A DNA stretch of 64,000 bases from the NCBI RefSeq assembly GCF_009914755.1, contig NC_060947.1; one strand, given 5' to 3'. Positions 26,712 through 47,569 of this stretch are shown piece after piece; position 1 is the stretch's first letter; every line of letters begins with the position of its first letter. The position numbers and the translations under genes were made by a program. The notes under the pieces were generated by a model. It saw only the letters and a list, made by a program, of their open reading frames with translations. It ran no database searches and was not told where the DNA came from. Source of the DNA: the human T2T-CHM13v2.0 reference genome, Homo sapiens.

Positions 26712-26935
26712 TTTATTTATTTTTTAACTTTAGATAAAAAAACTGACATAAAATTGTATGCATTTACCTTGTACAGCATGATGCTTTGAAGTATATATAC
26801 ATTGTGGAATGACTAAATCTGTCTAATTTACATATGTATTACCTTGAATAGTTATCATTTTTGTGTTGAGGACATTTTATACCCACTCTTAGCATTTTTC
26901 AAGAAAACAATATAGTGTTAACTATAGTTTCATGT
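26712..26935 (-). mobile_element. L1MA8/9-like 3' end
   Basis: aaattgtatgcatttaccttgtacagcatgatgctttgaagtatatatacattgtggaatg. Confidence 0.75.
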
Positions 26936-27857
26936 TTGTTGTTGGTAGAGGAGCAAATCCAAAGTCATTAATCATCTAGTTCCCTTGATGTTGATTTGTA
27001 AACTTGATTCTTCCCAGTTCTATCTTCCTCAAACACCAGGCTTCATAGGAGGATTTATACCCTAAATATAAAAGCAAAAAAAAAAAAAAAATTTTTTTTT
27101 AAAGGAAGTAAGTCCCTACCTGGTTAAGTTTTTCATTGTTCTTTTGTGTATGTTTGTTTTTATTAAATACTAATTAGAATCAAAAGGCTGTTCAAAATAT
27201 GAAAGGTATGAATAATAATATGATGATGATAATGATGTACAACCGTATACCTAGCACCCAATTTAAAGGAAAACAAAATCCTCTGTGTTTCCATTTCATT
27301 CCATTCAGAGGTTACCATTACCCTGAATTTTTACTATTATTCCCCTCCTTTACTTTTTAATTTTACCTTATATGTCTGTATTGCTAAGCAATGTTTTTTT
27401 TAAGTAACCTTATATTCCTGAAATTCATCCAAATTTTTCCATGTTGCTGTAATTTTTATATTTACCCCCTAATTTCTAATATTTCTTTGTACGAATATAC
27501 CCCAAAGGATCCATTTTACTGTGGATGGACATTGGGTTGGTTGTAATTAAAATGTTGCTGTGAACGTTATTATACTAACTCTGGGTGTGCAAAGACAGTA
27601 GTTTCTCTAAATATACATAGGAGTAGAACCATTGGATTATATTATATTTGGCATCTTTTAATTTCTGGGTTTTAAACGGTCTTTATAAACAGTTTACCAC
27701 ATCATTCCTGTATTTAAGATGGTTTTTTAAAAGTATTTTATCAGCATTTTTAGTTGTTTTTAGAAAGAAGGCTGATGAGGATTCCTGTTCTGCCATACCG
27801 CTGTTATGGACAGTCCAGCTATTTTATGTTTTTGACATGAACATTTTTTGCCTGTAG

Positions 27858-27977
27858 CTCCCCATATATACTGCACCACCGCTCCAGTCTAAATATGTTG
27901 AAGAGCAGCCTGGTCATTTACAAATGGGCTTTGCTTCCATCCGCACTGCAACTGGTTGTTACATTGGCTGGTGCAAG
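27858..27977 (+). CDS. APOOL: APOOL exon 3, LPIYTAPPLQSKYVEEQPGHLQMGFASIRTATGCYIGWCK
   Basis: ttttttgcctgtag|CTC...AAG|gtaagt; 120 nt, phase 0-0. Confidence 0.96.
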
Positions 27978-28027
27978 GTAAGTCAATTCTGATAGTGGTT
28001 TAATATCAGAGATTTCTGATTAATTGT

Positions 28028-28577
28028 TCCAGTTACCTACTGATGTGTAGAAAACTAATCCAAAACTTAATGGCTTAAAACCACAACCATTATATTACAT
28101 CTTATGATTTTGTAAGTCATGAATTTGATCTGAGTTCAGACAGGTGATTTGTCTGTTGCATGTGGCATTGACAGAGGTGGCCCAGTGGGGTTCATCTGGC
28201 AAATGAGCTGATCTAGACAGTCCAAGACAGCTTTATTTGCATCTCTGGCACCTTGTTAAGGATGGCTGGATGACTGGGTTCAGCTGGGATTATTGACTAG
28301 AACACCTACACGTGGCCTCTCAAGCATGGTGATCTCAAATAGGTCAGATATAACTTACTTGGGTAATTCAGGGCTCCTAAAGACAATGTTACAAGTGGCC
28401 CTAGGCAGAATTTGCCAGGCTTTTTGCCTATCATCAGATATCCAAGAAAGTCACTTCTACAGCATTCTATTGTTAAGTCACTAAGGCCAGCTCAGTTTTA
28501 AAGGGAAGGGAATTAGATGCCAACTCTCAGTAGAAGTAGCAGCAAATAATTTGTGGCTATATTGAACCTACTCTACC
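28028..28577 (-). mobile_element. MLT1G/H-like solo LTR, about 50 bp downstream of exon 3
   Basis: tgttccagttacctactg...aaacttaatggcttaaaac...cacctacacgtggcctctc...gggaattagatgcc. Confidence 0.75.
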
Positions 28578-30812
28578 ACTACTGCATAGATTAAAGTAGT
28601 TCAGCAAGGATTTATGTCACCTAGCATGTACACAGTGTCACTCACTTTTTATGTGAAGTTCTGAGATTACTTCTGAATATTTTCTTCTTTGGCTAAGTAA
28701 AGTGTTATTTACTTGTTGGCGTTAGCTCATAAGACCATTCTAACTACAGTAAGCTATTGGGCAAAGTAGAATACACGTGACTTTAATGCTTAGCCTTCAA
28801 TCAGCAATATCCATCAGCAGAGTGGTGGAGTAAGCTGATGCAACACTAATGTTTCATTATCATCACATAAACATCATTGTGTTAGCATCTCCAGTGTCAG
28901 TATCTTAATGTTGGTACCAGTGTTTTCATCATTCTAACCTAGTAACCATGCGACTTTTCCCCAAATATAGCCTGATGGTGAATCATTGTTCTTTTTAGTT
29001 TCTATCCATTATCTTTAAAAAGAAATCTAATGAACTTATGAAAAATAATTTGTGCTTAGGTGAAATACCAAATCAATGAACTCTGGTAATTCCAGATAAT
29101 ATTTCAAATATCTGATAAGTACATGATGTTATTTTTGAAAACTTGTGTTTGTCATACAATTCTTATGGTACTAGTTGTACTACACACTATTAATAGTTTG
29201 ATCTAAGAGGGAAATACCTTAACCAATTATGGTCTGAATCATGCCCCTATGACTATGTGCCAATAGCTAGATGATTCAGACTTAAGCCTCCTGAGATGTA
29301 ATTTTCCATAATGTTCTGAAATTTTTCTTCAGTGAGATAAAATGTTCCTGAGAGGTCTTTAAATTGCTATTGTAACTGTCATCCAATTTAAGATTCAAAA
29401 GAATGTTTTATTCCATTAATATGCTCAAACAAATAGGTTGAAGAAAGGCAATTTCCAGTGCATTTTGTCCTAAATGTAAACAATTTTTTTTCCTAATTTT
29501 CCCCTAAAAATGTAATCCATTCTTTAAAAATTATGTCTGACTCAAATTCGTTCCACATTAAAGCTTGAATCATGTAGAGCAAATTCAATTTCTACTCCTG
29601 CTAGCTTAGTGTTTTGAAATTTAGGTAGCACTGACCCCATGTGGTAAAAATGAATTCCTTAGCAGAGCTAAGAAAAATTTTTTTTGAAAGATGACTAATT
29701 TTCTTCCTTAATGGTTAAATGATTCCCAATCGACTGGTCAATAGGTATTTTAACTTTGAAGGTGAAATATTCTCAAGACAGTCCCTACAGAAAAGTAGTT
29801 CAATAGCAGTTAGCGTTTATGCTGATTTGTACAATTTTAAACCAAGATGAACCTCTGCATCTCTCTGATAACCATTAAAATATGTAAGACAAAATTACAA
29901 AACCAAGCTATCTCTATAACAAAAACTTATTTCTTCCCTGTCCAATATAATAATATCTGTTTTCTCTGCTTTGAAAGTCTCTTTTGTTCTTGTTTTTATC
30001 CCATGGTTTCATAGCAGCTAGTTCAGAGAAGGATTGTGTTTTCTGGTTCCATCAACAGAGTACAATATGACCACGAGTAAATCATTTTGTGACTTCCTTT
30101 TTTTTCTTATCTAAGTGAGGTAATACCTAGCACTCAATAAATATATTTAACACTCTTTTGCACTAAAATAAATCAGTTAGAAACAGGTAAAGTTAAAGAT
30201 TTGCTTTAAAACTTTAATTCCTCTGATGTATTAACATAGTTTTGATTTCTAGAGAATTTATGTTCCGATTTAAAAACAGGATAAACACTGGTCTATGTAG
30301 GATGATTTCTGTCCTGAGGTAATTTAGATTTTTTTCTCATTCTAATGCACACTAAGAAAAGGGAGGAAGATGAAGCCCTTTGCTTTAGGCTTTTTGCTCT
30401 TTTTTTCCCTCCACAAATCATTATGTTGTTGCTATTGCAACTTTATTAATCAGATGTTGCTTCTAAACTGAAATATACCTCCCTTCTTCTTTATTTAAAT
30501 TCCATTTATTTTTCTAGGTCATTATAAAATAAGATGATAAATATTTTTTTCAGTATCATTTCTGCTCTGATTATTTCATAGGCACATTATCCATTTATAT
30601 GAGAAAAATGATATAAATGTTATCCATGTTAAATAGAATGAAAAGCAGGAAATGAAAACAAGCTGGTAGTGAATACATAGGAAAGCTGGATTTAGATTTG
30701 GGCATAATGTTAAGTCAACCTTTTAATATAATCTCAGAGATGCAGGCAATTTTATCTCATTATCAACAGCTTCAAAAATGCAGATGTCTTCCCCCCCTTT
30801 TTTTTTGCTTAG

Positions 30813-30867
30813 GGTGTTTATGTCTTTGTGAAAAATGGGATAATGGATACAGTACAATTTGGAAAAG
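30813..30867 (+). CDS. APOOL: APOOL exon 4, GVYVFVKNGIMDTVQFGK(D)
   Basis: Long pyrimidine tract gcttag|GGT...AAAG|gtaggt; 55 nt, phase 0-1. Confidence 0.95.
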
Positions 30868-31069
30868 GTAGGTGAGTAGATAATTAGAAATGTTTTATTG
30901 TGTTTTTAAATTGCATTGTTTAAATGTGAGAAAAATAAACTTGGTATGTTACCCATTATCATGCATTTACCAACTCAGAAGGTACTCTCTATAGCAATTT
31001 ATTGATTAATTTATTGATTATTTGTTGATTATTGATTAATAGCAAAGCAGTAATATTCATTATTCAGCA

Positions 31070-31270
31070 GTTATTATTGGCTAAGGTGTTGTACTTAGCA
31101 TTTTACATAATTTTTGTCACAATTATGTTAGTATTGGTATTATAATTATTCCCATTTTACAGATGAGGGCAACTGAGGTTTAGGAAGGTTAAGTAGGTTA
31201 TCGAGCTTACGTAACTGTAAGTGGTAGTGCCAGGATACAAACTGAGGTCTGTTTTAACTACAAAGTCTAT
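31070..31270 (-). mobile_element. MIR
   Basis: MIR core attcccattttacagatgagggcaactgagg. Confidence 0.8.
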
Positions 31271-32295
31271 ATTATATATCATAAAGCATAAATTAAAAAC
31301 ATGTCTCCATTGTTGCTAATTAGTTTAAGTGCTACTTGCTGTTAAAATACATTGTATTTTGCTGTCAATTGCTAGGAAATGTTATAGCAATCACTAACCC
31401 TGGAATATTTAAGCTAATGGTTAAAAAGCAATTATACTTGACTCTTTAGCTTGTTAATGGTGTTTGGCAACAGATATAGCTTTGTAATATTCTTGGCTTA
31501 TGCCAGTTGTCATAATAAATATGTATAGGAGATAGAAAGATGAGCTAAAATGTTGAATGTTTCCATGAAGTTGATGACCTGTATTTGAATTGTCATTATT
31601 TAATGTATTAGGAATAAATTCAAAATTATATTCCTCATCAATCATGAGGAATAGGATTAAATATGTGATTGCCATTAAATAATTAACTATGATAGAAAAG
31701 TGTACTTTTGGAACCAGAAACAAATTCAACATATAGAAAGCCAAGAACTACTCTTCATCTACTTTTTGTCTAGGCTCACTGATGATTGACTTTAACCAAC
31801 AGCAGTGGCTGTCCTGAGGTTATTAGGGAGTAGTGGCAAGCAAGGTCTAGTAGCTGTGTATATCCTTAAACTATTATTCAAAACTCCTTAATAAAGTATC
31901 TATTTCATTTCTTATTGGAGGCTACCAGTGTTTGAACAGATAAGGGCAGAAGTTCATCATAGAGATATAATACATACGCAGTCAGAAATTTACCTTATAG
32001 TAACCCATATTAAGATGTGCCCTCTAGCATTACATTTCTTTATAGTAATAACCGTCAGTATCATTAGGAAAAGAAATATTAAATCAGCTACGGAAGGAAA
32101 ATTTTATTTTGTAACAAGTAAATATATCTAGTTTTTTAGCTTGCTACTCATATTGTCATTATATGTAGCTCTTTTGAAGAATATTTAAACCTCATTATTA
32201 TCTTAGCAAATCTCTTTAACCTTCCTGCATTATAACTGTATAGAATATCCAGTAGAATTCAGTTATTCATGTTAATTTTTAACTGATTTCTTGAG

Positions 32296-32394
32296 ATGCT
32301 TATGTCTATCTGAAGAATCCTCCTCGAGATTTTCTTCCGAAAATGGGAGTTATTACAGTTTCAGGATTGGCGGGCTTGGTTTCAGCGAGAAAAG
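32296..32394 (+). CDS. APOOL: APOOL exon 5, (D)AYVYLKNPPRDFLPKMGVITVSGLAGLVSARK(G); first hydrophobic segment
   Basis: ttcttgag|ATGCT...AAAG|gtaggg; 99 nt, phase 1-1; YLKNPP motif typical of the APOO family. Confidence 0.95.
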
Positions 32395-32911
32395 GTAGGG
32401 TTTTAAAAAATATATTCTCTCTTAATGCCATGATATTAGTTTCTGAATTTTGTGGTCATGAGAAAACCTCATATGCTTTATTGAATATTATCTGGATAGG
32501 CTACTGTAAAGATTTTTAGATTCTGTATTACAGCATGCTTACTTTTATAAGGACTTTGTGTTTTCAAAACTATAGCTATTCCAAAGGCTGTTCAACGTCA
32601 TTAGTCATTAGGGAAATGCAGATGAAAACTAGAATGAGATACCATGTCAGTCCCAACAACATTCTTTAGGATGAGACCAAGAGAAAATCAAATTTTGTCT
32701 CATATATCAGTATCTCTGTCTCAAATCTTTAAAGTAGCTGCCAGAATATGGGGGTCATGACTGAGAAAAGTAGTTTGAGTGATTAGTATATATTTTTACA
32801 TTAAGATAAAACTCTCAAGAAATTTTTTCAGTAGTTAGTGACTCTTAAGATCTTAAAAAAAAGTTACCTAGAAAACAAAATGACAAATTATAATTTTAAT
32901 AGAAATAGCTA

Positions 32912-33222
<311 letters not shown>

Positions 33223-33229
33223 TATTTTA

Positions 33230-33665
33230 AAATTATCACACAGTAAATTCATACAATTCTATCAGTTTTAATATATACATAGAGTCATGTAACCATCACC
33301 ACAACCAGGATACAGAACAGTTATATCATTCCCAAAAAGTACCTCATGCTGTCTGTCTGCAGTCAGACCTTCTTCCCACTTCTAACTCCCAGAAACACTG
33401 ATCTGTTCTCTGTCACTATAGCTCTGTCTTTTTGAGAATGCCATCTAAATGGAATCATACATAGACTGGCTTCTTTCACTTAGATTATCAAGATTGTTGC
33501 ATGTGTCAATAGCTTGTTCCTTTTTGTTACTAAGTAGTATTCCTTCATATGGATGTGCCACGGTTTACTTTATCACTTAACCTGTTGGACATTTGGGTTG
33601 TTTCCAGCTTTTGGTGATTAGGAATAGAGCTACTATGAAAATTTATATACAGATTTTTCATTTCT
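33230..33665 (-). mobile_element. L1MB/MC-type 3' end
   Basis: catgtaaccatcaccacaaccaggatacagaacag...aatggaatcatac...ggacatttgggttgtttccag. Confidence 0.7.
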
Positions 33666-33906
33666 CCAAGCCCTTACTAAGCTGGTGTAGTTCTGTAGTC
33701 ACTAGCCATTTTGGTCACCTTTCATCCATCCTTTGTCCACATTCCAGTTGCCAGACATTGTCCCCAAACTAAATTACTTATATTGGAAGGCACAGCTCTG
33801 AGCCGGTCTGGAATCTGATGTCAGGTACTTTGTAGTTTGTTTTTCCAGCTATAGTCCTAAAAGCCTCAAATCAAGGCATAATTAGGTACAAAACTGCTGT
33901 GCAATT

Positions 33907-34018
33907 ATAAGAACATTCTAGTATCCTAACTCATATATATATATAAAACATATATATAATATAGATATATAACATATATATAATATATATATATGAGAGG
34001 ATGCTAGAATGTTCTTAT
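33907..34018. repeat. Inverted repeat with (TA)-rich centre
   Basis: ataagaacattctagtatcct (33907-33927) against aggatgctagaatgttcttat (33998-34018), 20/21 complementary, extended inward by ctcatatatatatat / atatatatatatgag. Confidence 0.92.
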
Positions 34019-34022
34019 TGTG

Positions 34023-34174
34023 TATATATATATATCTCATCTGAATGGATGATATATATATATGTCATCTGAATGGATGATATACATATATCTCATCTGA
34101 ATGGATGATATATATCTCATCTGAATGGATGATATATATATCTCATCTGAATGGATGATATATATATATATCTC
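34023..34174. repeat. Minisatellite: 5 x TCATCTGAATGGATGA separated by (TA)n-like spacers
   Basis: Cores start at 34037, 34065, 34093, 34117 and 34143; spacers of 12, 12, 8 and 10 nt. Confidence 0.95.
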
Positions 34175-34529
34175 CCTATAGCTAATATTAATGCTTCCCT
34201 ATATCCTATTTCTTATTATAGTAGGTAAGCAACTTCTAATTGAATAAGTATTATAAATTATTCAGTAAGAAATAATTACAAACCAAGATCACCATATAAA
34301 ACAATAAGACTCAAAGAATTAAATTTTGAAGGAAATTGTCCAAAACATATTACTCAATTTCTCAGTAAAAAACTTATACCATTCTTGTAAGAGAAAATGT
34401 TCCTTAGGTCATTCACCGTGTTTTCAAATGTCAGAGCTAGAATAATCTAAGCCAGTGTTTTTCAAATTGGAGATCTTAACCTATTAGTAGGTAGTGACAT
34501 AAATATAATGAATCTCAGGAGACATTTTA

Positions 34530-42054
<7,525 letters not shown>

Positions 42055-43595
42055 TCAGGATGCATTTTGTTTAAAAATAGAGGAGAATAGCAAGTATCAG
42101 AGTAGTTTGTTCTTGCAGACTGGCCTTTCTTATCAGGTAAAGAGAGGATGACTATAAGTCTTTCTAATCTTTAAAATGACACATAAGGAAAAACTGCCAC
42201 CTACTATGTTTAGGAGCAGCACAATTAGGGGAATTTGGTTAAGTCAAGGGAACTTACCTCAAGAGATACTAGGATTATAAAATAAGAAATTTAACTGTAG
42301 ATAATGGAATAATAGCAAGCAGGGCTAGAGTAAAGGAGCAACTTAGGACATTTTAATATACTTAAACCCTCTTTCTGCATACCACAAAAGTCTAAATCTA
42401 AAGAAAAGCTAAACTAGTTTGAATCAGCCTGGCCACCCACCACCCGCCACCTCAGTCCATTCTAGACATGACTATAGAAAGCTCTCTTAATAATAGTTAA
42501 ACCAGACCGAGATAGACCTCTTGTTTTTCCCTTCCCTAAACTGCAAATTTGCCTGCAAACATTCATTTTCATTTGTATAATATACCAGATAGGCTGTTCC
42601 CTTTTTAGATTAGGGATTGTATAAGCTGCTTCAGATCATAAAAGTACTTATCCCAATTAAAAAACCCATCATCCAGTTACCTGGATCATATATACAGTAT
42701 AAGATACTCAGACAAGCGTTTAACTTACATATTATTTTGAACCAACAATCTGTTGGAACTAAGCTATGGCTTAAAGTGGTGGATTTCAAACTATTCTGTA
42801 GAACCCTTAGTTTCATGGAAGTGTTTAGTGGTGCTATCAGGATAAAGGAAAAGCCACACAGCTAGGGTTTGATACAGAGCTTCCCACCCCCAAGTTAGAG
42901 CAGCATCAAGTTTATAGGTTTTATATATTGAAGTTCCTAGGGAGATTCTATTTGAAAGATATTTTGAAAGGATTTTGTTATCAAAAAAAGATACGAAAAT
43001 AACTCTTAAATGATGCATAGTTAAGGCACTTATTGATATGCATTACTTATGTCAGGTTACTTGCAATTATTATTCAGTATTCTAAGTCAGTGACATGAAG
43101 GAGTTATGTACCTGTTAAAGTCCTTAGTTGATGATTTAGTTGAGTCATTCACCTTTCCAAATACTTAATCAAAAAAGGACATGTAAGAGAGAGTCCATTT
43201 CACTTTTACATGGTGTCACACAGTAGTTAACTAATTATCTATATTATCATGCTTTATTAGATACTTGCAAAATTGTGGTTATAAATTTGGGTTTCGTAGG
43301 ACATGAAAAATACCTAGCTTTCAAGCAGAAGAAAATCATCAATTCCTTTTGTGTAGGTAATTGTGAGTATTAGATTGAGAATACTTTTGTTAAATTGGAC
43401 ATGACAGCTAAGGGGCTATTGGCTTGAGATCCTTAAGGGCATTTTAGCTTCCATCTTGATTGGTATAATTACCTAAAAAGTAATTTAACAGAGGGTGATG
43501 GCTTACCAGGAGAGCAAAGAAAGCATTACGGTATAAGAACATCAAGTCTCTGGTGGTATATATTTGGAGTTTAATAATATATTTGCATTTTATAG

Positions 43596-43687
43596 GTTCC
43601 AAGTTTAAGAAAATTACTTATCCTCTGGGACTGGCCACTTTAGGAGCAACTGTTTGCTACCCAGTTCAGTCCGTAATAATTGCTAAG
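43596..43687 (+). CDS. APOOL: APOOL exon 6, (G)SKFKKITYPLGLATLGATVCYPVQSVIIAK; second hydrophobic segment
   Basis: cattttatag|GTTCC...AAG|gtaagt; 92 nt, phase 1-0. Confidence 0.96.
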
Positions 43688-44093
43688 GTAAGTTCTTTTT
43701 AAATAATAGCAACATTTCAGTATTTGTTTAAACTCTCAATGTGACAATATTTAAATGTTACACAGCACCTGCAACATTTAATTTTAAGAGACATAGTTGG
43801 TATCAACTCTTATGTTGGCCAAATCACATTAGCATCTCAGTATGGTAAATGCCATTGTTAATAAGATGAATTTGTGTAAATATAATTCAACAATGTAAAG
43901 GCAGATTTGAGGATTACGTTCAGAGACACTGAATTAGAATTTATGGGGAGAAATACTGCTCCATTGTTGAGATATATAAACTTCAATTTTTATTTAAAAG
44001 AAGATTAAAATGCTAGCAGCTGTTTGGTTCAGCAGATTAACCTGACATAAGAAACAACCAGTTGATAGATTGGTTTCAGTGGTTTCTGAAGGT

Positions 44094-44096
<3 letters not shown>

Positions 44097-44140
<44 letters not shown>
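44097..44140. repeat. (AC)20 microsatellite
   Basis: Pure AC run 44097-44136, then gcac. Confidence 0.97.
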
Positions 44141-44141
<1 letters not shown>

Positions 44142-44864
44142 GGAACTCAATATGGAAACCACTTAGAATTAAGAAACACCTGTATAAATGCTTGTTATAG
44201 TTCTGTCTTTTTCTTGTGAGCTTAAGTACAAATCCAGATTCTCTTAATGATTTGAACAGTTTTTTTCAGTGTTTTATTTTTAACACATGTTCAGATGGAG
44301 AAGGAAAACTTTGGGTTATGCATTTTTTCCCCTCTTTTCCTTCTCCTCTTAATTACCAACAGTTAGCATTTCCCCCTCATGCTTGAAACAATGTGTAGTG
44401 TTACCAGAAGGACTTTCTGTACTTGTATTCCCATTACTTCATCCCTTTAACTATTGATATAGAGAAAGTTGCCTATCAATATTTTGAGAATGTCGAGGAT
44501 ATGGTGTACTATGTAGTTTGTAATGTGATCAAACTATAAAAGCTCATAACAAAGGAAGAGAGCATTATTCATTAAGTCTACTTATACCTGAAATAATTGA
44601 TAACATGGTAAACTTATTTTTAAAACTCTTTCTTAATAATTTACATAGGAATTAACCACTTAAATTAATAAAATGCTAGTATTGAAAGAAACTGTTAAGC
44701 TCATTTAATTCAACTTTGATCTTTTCTCATTTATCTATAGGGAAACAGTAGCTCAGAGGAGTTTCACAGTGACTGACTTGCCCAGCATCATACTGACCTT
44801 CAGATATTTTGGCCTCCATGTTCATTACTCCTCCCAGTGGATGATGCTTCCACTGATTCTTCTT

Positions 44865-45174
44865 CTTTTTTTTTTTTTTTCTTTTTTTTTTTGAGATGGG
44901 GTCTTTCTCTGTCACCCAGGCTGGAGTGCAATGGCCCAATCTTGGCTCACTGTAGCCTCTGCCTCCTGGGTTCAAGTGATTCTCCTGCCTCAGCCTCCTG
45001 AGTAGCTGGGATTACAGGCTCCCACCACCACGTCCAGCTAATTTTTGTATTTTTAGTAGAGATGGGGTTTCACCAGGCTGGCCAGGCTGGTCTCGAACTC
45101 CTGACCTCAGGTGATCCATCCGCCTCGGCCTCCCAAAGTGCTGGGATTACAGGCGTGAGCCACCGTGCCCGGCC
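44865..45174 (-). mobile_element. AluSx-like
   Basis: Full dimer; TSD ctgattcttctt at 44853-44864 and 45175-45186. Confidence 0.95.
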
Positions 45175-45884
45175 CTGATTCTTCTTTTTTCTAAGAGTAA
45201 TGACATCATGGTTGCTTTTAAAAATTATACCTGCTTATCTTTAGATAATCTAAATATTTCAGAAAAGTTTAGGAAAAAAACAACAACCCAAAATGCATCT
45301 ATCCATACAAATATCCATGTCCACATTTGGATAGAATGTTCTTCTAGACATCTTCACATGCATACACAGAGATAGAAAAACTGATTATGAATAGGCAGAT
45401 AAGAATGAGATCATAGTATGTGTCTTATTTTTATTTTTTAAAATAAAGTATTAAACTGAATTTTACTTTACAAAAGGAAAAACAAAATAATTGCTGAACT
45501 TCAAATAAAAATTTTTCTAATATAAGAGATTAATTTTTAAATGTTCTTCTAGGGTAAATAATAATTGTTACTTTAATTCTTAGAGTTGAAATCCTTGCTT
45601 TTCTTTTGACTATAATAATATCAAGTAATATTTTACAAATTCAAATATATGATTTTTTTTTAACCTGAGATCCATGATGGACTTTAGAGAGTCTATAGCA
45701 CACCCTCCTATCCAAAACTTTATGAAAAGTCACGTATGTACAAGAAAAACCTTCTTATTTGACATAATCAGGACCAGTAGTTAACAATTAATCAAAAATG
45801 TTAAAGCAGCGAGTTGTAAAAATATATATAAAAATGTATACCCACAATTTTACTTGAAATTAAAACATAAATGTCTTTCTTCGG

Positions 45885-46078
45885 CATGACCAATGTGTTG
45901 AAACCCCGTCTCTAGTAAAAATACAAAAATTAGCCAGGCCTGGTGGCAGGCGCCTGCAATTCCATCTACTCAGGAGGCTGAGGCACGAGAATCACATGAA
46001 CCCAGGTGGCGGAGATTGCAGTGAGCCGAGATTGCACCACTGCACTCCAGCCTGGGTGACAGAGTGAGACGCCATCTC

Positions 46079-46106
<28 letters not shown>
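45885..46106 (+). mobile_element. 5'-truncated AluS with a long poly(A) tail
   Basis: Starts in mid left arm (tgaccaatgtgttgaaacccc), complete right arm, A-run of about 27. Confidence 0.9.
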
Positions 46107-46110
<4 letters not shown>

Positions 46111-47021
46111 TCCTTTTTCTCTATTTTGAAGTAGGGCTTTTCTTTGAGTATTGGTCTCCTGGTTAAAGATCTATAACATCTTTCCAACAGTAAGCCATAT
46201 CTGTAGTATGTCTTCTACAATTTCCAGATTAGGTTCTTTTAAAATAGAATGAACAGTTAAAAACATTAAAAAAAATTGAGTGCAGAATCCTTTTAGATGT
46301 TTATTTCTCCCAGCTGTTATAATTGTCTTGCTCACCTCTAATTTCATAGCAGTTATTTTTTTAGCCATTCACATTTGAGTCTTTACGAAGCATTTAACTT
46401 AATTTTCCTAGAAACAATAATTCTTTTTAAACTCATATTTTATCATATTAAGTTACATTTAGACTGTTTAATTATAAGTAAAACTGATGCAGCAACTTGG
46501 GGAAAAAAGGAACTTAATAAGCATACTAATCAACTTGTGAAAGATAGTACCTTAGCATATTGGAGAGCACCTGATAGGGATGAATATTCAACATTCTACA
46601 AACATCATTTATAATAAATTAAAAAAACATTTTATTAATCAGTCAAGTCTCCTAAAAGAATGTCAGGTGAGAGCTTTTTAGTGTATCTGTGTTTTTCTGA
46701 AGGAAAGGGCCTATAGCTTTTAAGAGCTTCTCCAAGGTATCTGTGATATTAAAAAGTTTAAGAAATGATAAGTCTAGAAGGTCCTTTGAAAAACAAAAGA
46801 CTCACTCCAGTTACTCATCATTTTGAAAATAGACTTCAAGATGGAATTACTCTTCGCTTTTTATAATTTTCCTCACAATATTTTTATTATTAACTTATGT
46901 AAAGAGTAGCAAGTAGTCTGTCTTTGAAAGCTATGAAATATCTAGGAATAGACTTACCAAATAATGTTTTAACGCCTGTTTAAAAGAAAAATAAACTATC
47001 AAACTTTACTGAAGGGTATTT

Positions 47022-47569
47022 TTAAATTTTCACAATATTTAATTGATGAATAAAGATTGAATATATTCAAGGTGTACAACATGATGATTTGACATACATA
47101 TACATTGTGTAATGATTATTACAATCAAATTAACATATCCATCACCACCCATGCAGCACATTATATACCCAGAACTTGTTCATCTTATGACTGAAAGTTT
47201 GTACCCTTTGACCAACATCTCATTTACCTCACTGCTATCCCCTGGCAACCTCCATTCTACTCTCTGCTTCTATTCTGCGTATATGTCCAAAAAAAAAAAA
47301 AATGAAATCAGTATCTTGAAGAGATATATGCACCTCCATGTTCATTGCAGCATTATTCACAATAGTCAAGATTAGAAACAACCTAAGTGTCTCTCAGTAG
47401 ATAAAGGGATAAAGATAATTTGGTACATATATACTACAACAGACTGCTATTTAACCATTAAAAACGGAAATTCTGCCATTTGCAATGGCATGGATAACCC
47501 AGAGGACATTATACTCAGTGAAATAAGATAGACACAGAAAGACAAATACTGTTTGATCTCACTTATATG
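47022..47569 (-). mobile_element. 5'-inverted L1MA9-like insertion (- strand 47022-47271, + strand 47272-47569)
   Basis: TSD tgaagg(g/a)tattt at 47010-47021 and 47570-47581; strand switch at about 47272. Confidence 0.8.

Noticed and set aside
34037-34158. CRISPR-like array of palindromic repeats with variable spacers
   Set aside because: Repeats are only 16 nt, spacers are 8-12 nt of TA slippage, there are no cas genes and the context is a primate intron. It is a minisatellite.
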